Origin: Lytechinus pictus
Lineage: Eukaryota
Assembly (NCBI RefSeq): GCF_037042905.1
Contig: NC_087245.1
Span: 43,030,001-43,094,000, forward strand
Length of the DNA stretch: 64,000 bases
Direction: 5' to 3'
Position numbers and translations under genes: made by a program. Position 1 is the stretch's first letter, and each line of letters opens with the position of its first letter. Positions 10,884-22,800 of the stretch are shown in pieces. The notes under the pieces were generated by a model, which saw only the letters and a list, made by a program, of their open reading frames with translations, did not search any database and had not been told where the DNA came from.

Positions 10884-13800
10884 ATGGCAGACCAAACAGA
10901 CGAGAACAAGAACAACGGAGACAGTACTAGCAGTGATGAGAACGGCGAGGAGAAGAAGCAGCATAATGTGAAGATTCTCTTTAGGATGGTACCGGACAGA
11001 GCTCGAGAGGTGGAGGCAGTGCGGGGGGCAAATAGAGCCGATTTAATCGAACTTTCACAACAAGTAAGTATACTGTATAGGCCTAACTAGGTCTAGATCT
11101 AGGTAGACTATAACAAGTTAGGCAATCACGTCGAATAAGGGACCGGCAAAAATAACACGAGAAGGGATAGGGTTTTAGCGTTAGGCCGCCGACTAGATCT
11201 AACGTTAGGCCTAAATCTCTAACTTAGGGTGGAGTGTAGGGTATGTTTGCCGGCTGGTCCCCTATTCGACGTGATTACCACAAGTTACTTAGGCCATTTT
11301 CAGGGTCCCGTTTCATATTTAACCTGTTATCAATAACAAGTTGCAATAACTGTTAGACTATAAGCTACTGGAATCCTTGCATCTGATTGGCTGAGAGCAA
11401 ATTTGTCAGAAATATCAGTTGTTACTGATAGTGATATTGTCGATATAAAAGTGATATAGGGCCTAGATCTAACGTTAGAGGCTAGATCTAGAGAATCTAA
11501 CTTAGATCTAGACTAGTCTAGAGTACCGAATTGTGACCCCAGGACCAAAATCCAGTTGAAACCAATTGGAGCAAAACCAATTGAAACCAGTTGCCAACTA
11601 AGTTTCAATTGGATCCAATAGAAACCAATTGAAACCAGTTGAAACCAATTGAAACCAGTTGAAACCAATTGAAACCAATTGAAGCCAACTGGTTTCAATA
11701 GGGAAATTGGAACAACTGGTTCCAGTTGAACCAATTAGGCAACTGGAACCAGTTGGCAATTGGTTTCAACTGGTTTCAATTGGAACCAGTTGGCAATTGG
11801 TTTCAACTGGTTTCAATTGAAACCAGTTGCCAACTGGTTTCAATAGGGAAATTGGAACAACTGGTTCCAATTGAAACCAGTTGAAACCAATTGCCAACTG
11901 GTTCCAATTGAAACCAGTTGAAACCAATTGCCAACTGGTTCCAGTTGCCTAATTGGTTTCAACTGGAACCAGTTGTTCCAATTTCCCTATTGAAACCAGT
12001 TGGCTTCAATTGGTTTCAATTGGTTTCAACTGGTTTCAATTGGTTTCAACTGGTTTCAATTGGTTTCTATTGGATCCAATTGAAACTTACAGTTGGCATA
12101 AACTTAATTAGTTATAAGTTAATTAGCTCTGGCACTAATTATCGCTCATGTCAACACAGAAGCATTGTTATATGTGTCTACATTAAGTACAATGTAAAGG
12201 GCATTATAATATGCAGACCATATAATATATTTAACAAGGTGTGTGTGTATTGGGTTTTTACAGACGTGTATCAATCAGATATGATTATTTACGTCTGGGG
12301 ACCGACCTTTAACGTCACCATCCGAAAGACGCGATTCAGTTTCGAACCTGCGTCCTCGGCTGAATCAGTTTGTAACTTCCACTGTTAGCTGGATTACAGG
12401 CGCACGCCACAACGCCTAGTTGGAAGGAAGGAAGGAAGGCATTGCCATTATATATGTTTCTATTTTAATGTATTTTGTACATGGTTAGTGTTTTACTAAT
12501 CAACTTTTAATCTGTGTAATTAAAAAAATATGTTACTAATGAACATGCTTATCATTGCTAATTAATCTTTATATTTATCTAAAACAAATGCATTACTTGC
12601 AAATGAAAATTAATTAATAAGTACATTGTAAATCAAAATAAATTACATAAAACATTGATCTGCACACAAGCAGATAATATGCAAATTAACTGGTTTCAAT
12701 TGGATCCAGTTGGGTAACTGGAAATATTTCCAATTGGAACCAATTGTGTAACTGGAAATGAATTCTAACTGGAACCAGTTGGGTAACTGGAAAAAACTTC
12801 TAACTGGAAATGAATGCTAACTGGAACCAATTGGGTAACTGGAAATGAATTCTAACTGGAACCAGTTGGGTAACTGGAAATGAATGCTAACTGGAAATGA
12901 ATGCTAACTGGAACCAGTTGGGTAACTGGAAATAAATTCTAACTGGAACCAGTTGGGTAACTGGAAATGACTTCTAACTGGAACCAGTTGGGTAACTGGA
13001 AATGACTTCTAACTGGAAATGAATTCTAACTGGAACCAGTTGGGTAACTGGAAATGACTTCTAACTGGAAATGAATGCTAACTGGAACCAGTTGGGTAAC
13101 TGGAAATGACTTCTAACTGGAACCAATTGGGTAATTGGAAATGAATTCTAACTGGAACCAGTTGGGTAACTGGAAATGACTTCTAACTGGAAATGAATGC
13201 TAACTGGATCCAGTTGGGTAACTGGAAATGACTTCTAACTGGAACCAATTGAGTAACTGGAAAAATTACCTAGCTTACTGCATGGTTCCAGTTGCACTTT
13301 TTATTGGTTTGAACTGGAAATGAGTACCCATAACAATATTTTCCAGTTCGGCAATTGGTTTCAACTGGAAATTTTATATTCCAATTGAAACCTATTGAAA
13401 CCAATTGAAACCAGTTGAAACCAATTGAAACCAGTTGGAGATTTCAACTGGTTTCAATTGGATTTTGGTCCTGGGTATCTCGGAGGAGCATGATGAAAAA
13501 CATCCACAGCCAAAATTTGGTAGGAATCGGGTCAACGGAGCCCGAGATATGACCACATTATTCATGAATACTTGTTGAAGTCAATGTATTGGCCTGGTTC
13601 TAAACTTTTAGAACCAGGCCAATAACACATTGACTTCAATGGGACTAGACTCTATTCTAGGTATAATTCATGTGGTCATATCTCGGACTCGGGCCCCGGC
13701 GGCCCGTTGAACTGATTCGTACCAAATTTGGGCTGTAAATGTTTTTCATCATGCTCCTCAGAGATATGAAAGAAAAAACAATGAAATCCAAAAAAAAATA

Positions 13801-16800
13801 TTTTGTGACGTCATCACTTCGGTACTCTATTGATAACAAGTGTTATGAAACGGAGCTCAGGACAGGACTCTAGATCTCTATCTAACTGTTATTATTTCAC
13901 TATCCTGGTCAATTCATGTCAGTTTACATTAGCCATAGACCCCTATAAAAAAAGTTAGAGCTATAGAGGTCTAGCCTTGACTTGAGACGAGGCGCGCTAC
14001 CGATGATCCGTCGTACGATGAGCACAAAATAGCCTCACCCAGATCATACAAGATACAATAAGTCTTTATTGGTCCATGCACAAAATACATGGAAATTTAG
14101 CTTCCAAAGGCTTTTCAACATGTTATTGACCTAAAACTATACCAAAAGGTCTATACAGTAACAATATAAACACGATATTAAGAAAACAATTACAACATCA
14201 ATCCAGAAAGGGTGAACATGTACGCATACGAGAGTAATACAGTACAAAAGATGATTTACAAACTCATCAAAAGACGGATTTAACTTAGCCCCCCCCCCCC
14301 CTAGCCACACCCCAGAAACCACAGAAGTAGCCACACCCCAGAAACCACAGAAGCTTAAAGCTCAACTTGAGTTGTTGAAGCCAAAAGTAAATTGGAAAGA
14401 ATCGGTTAGATATATGTCCTTATATTGTTCCATTTACATATAAATATACCTACACCAGATATGGTTATAGTAAATAGTGTAAGTAAAATACGCGCTGTGA
14501 TTGGTTGGATTAGTATCACGTGGCATTAAAGAATTACGGTATGTTTCACGATCGTGAAACATTTCTTTGATTCATGCACGGGGAATCCCGTGTTCAAATG
14601 AATGGGGATGAGTCACTCTTGTCCGATTCTGCTTGCGCGTTATACTAAAAGGGTACGCACACAAGCTTATAACAATGGGTACGCGCAGTAACAATATACG
14701 TCATAATGGCTTAGCACAATAAATAAAGTTGAAGACAATTCATTATTCCTAGGGCTAGGCCCTAGATCTAGGGGTCTATTTACTATAATAGATATTGCAT
14801 GTTCTATCTATGCACCATTACTGTACTATGTGAACTCCAACTACTAAATTATCCCTCGTGCAGGTCTATTTCACCTCGGCCTTTGGCCTCGGTGAAACAA
14901 ACCTGCACTTGGGATAATTTAGTAGTTTGTCGTGCCATAATCTAGTATAGTGCATGATAGACCATGCAATATCTATATAATAGTAAATAGTGTAAGTAAA
15001 ATACGCGCTGTGATTGGTTGGATTAGTACCACGTGCCATTAAAGAATTACGGTATGTCACACGATCGTTAAACATTTCTTTGATTCATGCATGGGGAATC
15101 CCGTGTTAAACTGAATGGGGATGAATCTTGCCTGATTCCGCTAGCGCGTAAAAGCAACTTTTATGCGCAACAACAATATACGTCACAATCGATTAGCACA
15201 ATTAATTAAGGCTAAGACAATGGATACGCGCCAGAAAAATACGCATAAAAATTAATACCAGAAAACGCGCAGGAACGATCTACGTCATAATGGCTTAGCA
15301 AAATAAATAAAGGCGAAGAAACTGCAGCAGGCCTCGGGTTAGGCCTTAGATCTAGGGGTCTATTTACTATAACAGATATTACATGTTCTATTGATGCGCC
15401 ATTACTGGACTATATGAACTCCAAATACTAAATTATCTCTCGTGCAATTATATGTCACCAAGGCCGTATGATGCACATATTACGGTATATTCAACACCCT
15501 AGCATGCACTATATGTATAATATCAGATCTGGCAAAGGTTGAACTTGAGTATTGATTCTTACTGTGCGCAGTTGAGAATCCATCTAGTTATTTCTTGCCA
15601 TAATATTGTGACAACTGACTTAATCTTGCTCCTCAGATTTTTGCAGATCAGCCTTTTGGTTCACAAGTCAGGCTGCAGTATTTCTCTCAGTCGTGGAATG
15701 ACTGGGTCGATGTAACGGAGTCGTTCAGGCTAGAGACCAGTGTACAAATAACGATGTTAGTGGATGATGGTAAGAAAATTAAATTCAGCATGATCAGTAG
15801 TAGCCAGATTTTGTTGAAGGATGCCAATGATAATTTGAATGTAAAACTTTAGCCAATGTAGGAAAACTGGGAGGTGCCAATCACAGTTCCCAAAACAATT
15901 GAATTTACTTGTCTTTTGCTATTGACTTGGCTATACCCAGATTAGAGGCTTGTTTGGTAGTGGGTGAAAATCTCTCTTTGGTCTCGCCCATCAAAGGTGT
16001 AGGCGAGACTAGGGGATTCGAGTTCAAATTTTTACATTTTCTGCTGGGGTTTGTAATTTTGAACCTTTGTTTAACTTTGATGGTAGATGCCATACAGTGA
16101 CCTAAATATTATTTAGGGGTCAAAGGTCACGTATATAGGTAAAAGGTCAAACAAGGTCAGATATTAACATTTACCTGCAAGTTTCTAAGTAGGGGGTTAA
16201 TGATAACTTCCGAACCATAAGCCCATTTGTGGGTACAACCCATGAGACCGACACCCACGAGTCCGACGGCCCACGAGACCGACAATAAGTAAAATAGGCC
16301 AACGAGATCGACTTTAAATGAAATAGGCCCACAAGACCGACAGCCCACTAGATAGACAATAGCTAATAAAGGTACACGAGACCAACATCACAAAAATATG
16401 ACCCACGAGACAGAAAATACGCAATTTAGGTCCATGACACCGACGGTAGACCAAAACAGCCCACGAGACCGACAGTACAGAAAGTGAGCTTATAAGGCAG
16501 ACGTTATCCAAAACAAACCCACGAGGACGACAGGATAAACAGCGCCAGCTTGTGACCATATATAGAAAAGTATTTGTACAGGATGTCTCAAAATTGTTAG
16601 GTAGCGCCTTTGTGAAGGAGACAATAGATTCGAAAGAGCAGGGCTTAAATTAACCCAAGGCCATGAGGCCATTGCCTTGGATGCCCCCTTAAGTGGCCTT
16701 AATGCCCCTTCCAAAAGTCCCTGTTTGTCATTGGAGATTTTGGGTGCCCTTTCTAGACATTTACATTCGTACTGTAATGAAAAAAAAGGGCCCTATGGAA

Positions 16801-19800
16801 AAAGTGGCCTTGCCCTAAATCTAACGAAATTTAAGGCTTGAAAGAGTGATATTCAGGGGACTGCCCTCCCATAACGGATCTACGGGGGGGGGGGGGGGGG
16901 GGGTTGTGGGCTGCAAAAAAAAATGGCGTGCATTGTGATATACATGTACCCATGACTTACCACGTACATGTAGCATGTGAAAAACACGCACGTGGTGACG
17001 TCCCGACAAGCGGTCAAAATTGATGCTTATTTTGCTCTTTTGTCAGCAATTACGCAATTTTCTGCAAAATCCTTTGGTGTGTAGTATTTATTCACTATGC
17101 TTGATATTTTAGAAGGAAAACTTGTGTTTTAATTTTTTCATCATGACCACTACTCAAGATTATCTTTAACGTGCAATATATTGCAAATTTTGCTAGGGGC
17201 AGAGGCGTTTTTAAAGTAAATTTTGACTGCGTGCAGTCGAGAATCCTTTTTGCATTGACGCCCAATGGCGACAATGTATTGTTCTTGTTCCGTATTCCTA
17301 TTCCGTCGTCTTCTTCTTCTTCTTCTTCCACCAAATCCCATTCGTTTAACACATGGTTTTTGTTAGCTCTACCTTGGCTCCGTCCCTCATCCAAATTCAT
17401 TCAAACTTTGTAGACATGTTGTCCAGCATCCCTAGTTGTGCACCTCGTCTTCCATTTTCCAAAATCACTCATGCATGACCATCAAGGCGCCATTTTGTAA
17501 ATTTCAAGTCCGTTTGCATACCATTCCTAATCTCGTCCTAACTCCCGCATCCTGCATGCTACAGACTTCTAACAAATTGCTATAGATAGCCAAAGAGTTG
17601 CCCCATCATTTGCGACGCATAACCTGACCTTCAAAATGCCATCTTCATGCCCTAAATTCAAATCCGAAATAGCCTTCCTTCAAAAACGTCATATTTATTG
17701 AAATGTAAAGTCAAAAAATCGTAAAATGGCCATAACTTTCTTGTTTTTATTCATTTCGAGCTCATATTTTCAGGAATTGATACTGGTACCATATCATACA
17801 TAGGAATTAGTTTTCACGCATCATTGATCTTCCGGTATTGAAATAGCGCCCTCTAAAGTTTCAAAAACGCTTACCTTTGAATGCTCCTCATTGCGTCATG
17901 CATGGCAAAACCCGTACCCTTTTTTAGATTTAGGGTGTTCAAGGTATGCCCTTTCATGCCATTTAGAAAAAAATATACCTTACCACTGACGAAATATCTG
18001 AAAAATGCTCCCGAAAATCAGCACAATACGCAAAAATGCACTATAATGCCAGCACAACTTCAACTTGCTCTTATTTCCTTATTATGGAAGCTTATCCTTT
18101 CTAACTTGGCAGATATGAGTATTGATCTATACTTTAACCGTTCGTCAACCTTTTGTGACAGAAACTGACATAGAGCTGACGTCAGCTTAAAATTATTGTG
18201 AAAAACTGTCATTTTTAATGTCGTTCTTTATATGGCATTTACTTCCGGTCTATTGCTTGCGCACAAATAAAAGTGGTATCAATGTCACCGCATTGAAATG
18301 CTCTTTCCAGTGATACCAAATACGACATAGGTTACAACAGAAAATTTCAAGATAAGCCAATCTGAACACATGGTATACTTCTCACAATGCACACATTATC
18401 AACAACAGAATTGTACACAATGTCTATGGCATAACGTATTATGCATGCACATCGTTCTGCTATGTACTTTACACTGAGTTACGTTAATGAACTGTCAGGG
18501 AAATTTGTATGCTTATTCATATCACTCTCTGTGTCTTTTTCTCCCTTCTCTCTCTTTGTTGAGCAGCCATATGGTCTAAAAATGGACGAAATCTGTTTGA
18601 CTCGAGAATGTAACTTCCTATGGAGGGCAAAATGTACCAAAATCCACTTTGATTAACATGTAATTTTTGTAAGTCCTCCCCTGCCTCCGCTCCTCATCCA
18701 AATTCATTACGATTTGGTAGACATGTTGTCCATGAGTATTTATTGTACCTCTTATTTCATTTTCTAAAATCATTCATGCATGACAGTGCATGCACCATTT
18801 TCAGTGAGTGACATCATCATCTCTCTCATTTGGATGTAACTGGCTCGTTCTTATAACTCTTTTGTTAAAAATAAGCGAAACTTTGAAATGTCATAACTTT
18901 CTTATTTTACATCCGATTTTGATGAAATTTTCAGCATTGTGCTTGTCTGATTTTTTTTTATTGATTCAAATCAACATTTTTCTGAGGTGGACTTGACCTT
19001 TCAATCAGACGCGTCAATGCATGCACATCGTAATGAAACGATTGCAGTTCTAGTTTCTTCTTCTTCTTCTTCTTCTTTTTCGTTTCAACCTGAAAAAAGT
19101 CAATAAATTATCTTTTTCTGTATTTCTTTTTTTTTTAGGAAGCACTAAAAGGGCAGATGATGATTCAAGAAAGAGAAAACTATTAGATGTTTTCAAGAAT
19201 GTGGCACAAACAAAAATGAAGAAGACATCTATGAAATCTCGGGGAGAGGTATGATTGTTTTTGTTTTTTTCATTATATTTATGCCTCTGCCTGATAAGGG
19301 ATTGAGGGATTCATAAAATTTGGTAAAAATCTTCCTTGGAGAATGTAATGTAATATATGATAGAATGGGCTACCTAGTCCCCAAAAGTGTCCATGGACAG
19401 AGGACCCTGATGATATAAGGGAATCTTTTTTTTTTTGGGGGGGGGGGTATGTTGCACCCACAAATGTAATAACGCCCACAAATGTAATAACGCCCACAAA
19501 TGTAATAACACTTTACCCACAAATGTAATAACACTTTACCCACAAATGTAATAACGCCCACAAATGTAATAACACTTTACCCACAAATGTAATAATTTCA
19601 CCCACAAATGTAATAATGCACTTTACCCACAAATGTAATAATTTTTGATCGCCCACAAATGTAATAATGACTTTACCCACAAATGTAATAAATTTGAAGG
19701 GATTTTTGGCGAATCCGTTCTAAACTAAAATCCTATAGTAATGCCTTCATAAAGCACAAATGTGCAAAGTCTTTTTTCCAGACCCGGTTAATAAAACATT

Positions 19801-22800
19801 ATAGTACAAGTCCAAAGTCTTTTTCCAGACCCGGTTGTTTCAAAATTATAATATACGTCCAAAGTCTTTTTTCCAGACCCGGTTAATTCAAAAATTATAA
19901 TGCAAGTCCAAAGTCTTTTTTCAGACCTGGTTTTTTAAAAAATTGTAATATAAATCCAAAGTCTTTTTTCCAGACCCACTTGTTACAAAAATTATAATAT
20001 AAGTCCAAAGTTTTTTTTTCAGACCCGGTTGTTTCAATAATTATAATATAAGTCCAAAGTGTTTTTCCAGACCCGGTTGTTTCAAAAATTATAATATATG
20101 TCCAAAGTCTTTTTTTCCAGACCCGGTTGTTTCAAAAATAATAATATAAGTCCAAAGTCTTTTTTTCAGACCCGCTTGTTTAAAAAATTATAATATAAGT
20201 CCAAAGTGTTTTCCCAGACCCCGTTGTTTCAAAAATTATAATATATGTCCAAAGTCTTTTTTTCCAGACCCGGTTGTTTCAAAAATAATAATATAAGGCC
20301 AAAGTCTTTTTCCAGACCCGCTTGTTTAAAAAATTATAATATATGTCCAAAGTCTTTTTTTTCAGACCCGGTTGTTTCAAAAATTATAATATAAGTCCAA
20401 AGTCTTTTTTTTTCAGACCCGGTTGTTTAAAAAATCTTAATATAAGTCCAAACTAAGATACAATAATGATATTCCAGTGGAAAAAAAAATGAGAATCGAG
20501 CTTAGTCTTTTCTCCAGACCCAGTTAATTAAAACTAGTGGAATTAATGTCTTTGTTGTTGTTTTAACTTATACCGCATATATTGTGAATATATGCGCTAA
20601 GGGTAAATTGAGAATCAAGCGTACTCTTTCCTCCAGACCCGGCTATTCAAAAAATGAATTAAAAAACTTCAAATCTAAGACCAATTTTCAAAAGTTTTAC
20701 CCAGTAAAAAAATATGTCTTTACCCCACACCCATTTTTTTTAAATAATACTACGACCAGGGGCGGAAATCTCTCCCAAAAGGTAGGGGGACAAGGGTCTG
20801 GAAAATTTGACAAGCAAAATAAAAAAAGGTTATCACCCGAAAGTAAGGTCATCTCGTCCTAAAATACATGTTTTATTTCGATTTTGAATGATGAATTTCT
20901 TACCATCATAGAAGACCAGAAATAGTAGGGGGAACATTTGATAGTGTGTCCCCCTACTATTTTGAGTAGGGAGGACACGTCCCCCTGTCCCCCTGGGATT
21001 TCCGCCCATGACTACGACCCCTACAAAACATTGTAATAATGCATGGGTTAAGCAAACATCCTTTCTCCAGACTTGGTTATTATTTAAAAAAAAATAAAAT
21101 AGTTTTTACAAACATTTTAAAACGAATACCCAATAATAAAATTACTGTGGAATAGCATAAAGACCGACTGTCGAAGATCGGCTTTCCTCTAGACACAATT
21201 ATTTCAAGAATAAAAAATCAATAAAACCCAACCCCCAACAACAAATCTGAGAATAAACAATCCTCCAAATTAAGACCATTCATGTAGAAAAGCACATGTT
21301 AAGAGCGTTGTCTTTATTCCAGACCCAGTAATTTAAAAATGATTTTAACAATCTTAAAAACAAAAGACTTTGTCATATTCTTATTCTTGTGGAATAACAC
21401 GAGTATTATGCTTAGTCTTTCGTCTAGACTCGGTTATTTAAAAGATAAACAAATATTGAAAAAAAATCACAGCTAAGACCAATGTTCAAAATTAAACCCA
21501 CTTAAAATACTTGGACTTAGAGTGTTGTCTTTAACCATCACGCAATTCTCTTAAAAATACAAATTAAGCGAAACATTAATCTTAAAACTTAGACCCCAGC
21601 ATCTTCCAAACTATAAAACCCTTGTGATAACACATACTTAATTTGACCAGACCAGTTTATTAAAAAAAGAACAACAAAAAATTATCCCTCTTCCAGCCTA
21701 ACATCCTGTAATAAATGATGTAATTAAACATTCACTTTTTCTTCCAGGCAAAGAAATTTATAATAAAAAACAACATCAAAACTTAGAGCCCGGGGAGCAT
21801 TTCATGAAAGGAGTTGTCTGACGTTTTATCCGACACTTACCAATTAACATCAAGGACAGTTGTCAGATCTGACAACTTGTCGGACATAAATGTTGATGAA
21901 ATACTCCCCCAATCATCTTATTCATGTTGAACAGGCACAAGAATATGATTGTGTCTTAGTTATGAGGATTTCATTTATCTTATTTTTTTAAAATGACAAG
22001 GTCTGGAATAAAGAAAACTCTCTAAACTTTTATTTATTGAAGGTTCTTAGTTTGAAGGATAGTTGGTCCATAGATTCTGTTATTCTTTTTTAATGATTTT
22101 GGTTATTTTGAAATAATTGGGTCTGGAGGAAAGACTACGCTATATTTCCATGTTTTTCAACATAAAGAGGATCGTGGGTCTTTGTTTGCTTTTTTATTAT
22201 TACTAATTTATTATTATTATTCATTTATATTTGAAAGATCTGGGTCTGGATGAAAGACTACACTATATTTCTATGTTATTTATCATTAATAAGAGAGTTG
22301 GGGTCTTTGTTACTTTTCCACCAGTTTTAATTAAGTGGGTCTGGAGAAAAGACTAAGCTTGATTCTCATTTTTATTCCACTCGAATATCATTATCGTATC
22401 TTAGTTTGGACTTTTTTAATTTTTCAAACAACCTGGTCTGGAAAAAAGACTTTGGACGTATATTATAATTTTTTTAACAACCGGGTCTGGAAGAAAGACT
22501 TTGGACTTGCATTATAATTTTTTAGTTAACTGGGTCTGGAATAAAGACTTTGGACGTATATTATAATTTTTTAATTAAACGGGTCTGGAAAAAAAGACTT
22601 TGGACTTGCATTATAATTTTTGAATTAACCGAGTCTGGAGAAAAGACTTTGGACGTATATTATAATTTTGAAACAACCGGGTCTGAAAAAAGACTTTGGA
22701 CTTGTACTATAATGTTTTATTAACCGGGTCTGGAAAAAAGACTTTGCACATTTGTGCTATATGAACGCATTACTATAGGATTTTAGTTTAGAACGGATTC

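Larger units (their letters stand above)
11519..13828. mobile_element. Palindromic MITE (TAGAGTACCGAA termini), left arm largely deleted
   Basis: TAGAGTACCGAA ... TTCGGTACTCTA. The segment 13476-13770 is self-complementary around GGCCTGGTTC/GAACCAGGCC. Confidence 0.6.
11304..13857. mobile_element. PIF/Harbinger-like MITE split by nested insertions
   Basis: GGTCCCGTTTCATA ... TATGAAACGGAGCT, flanked by CAG on both sides. Confidence 0.6.

Noticed and set aside
9867..10930. Several 120-200 aa ORFs on both strands
   Set aside because: Translations of the 53-bp array.
11513..12388. ORFs with repeated FNWFQLVS
   Set aside because: Translations of a palindromic 10-bp repeat; the same peptide appears on both strands.
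12378..12420. Genuine 7SL RNA gene or human Alu contamination
   Set aside because: Similarity is limited to ~40 nt with several substitutions; no S-domain, Alu body or poly-A; embedded in native repeats.
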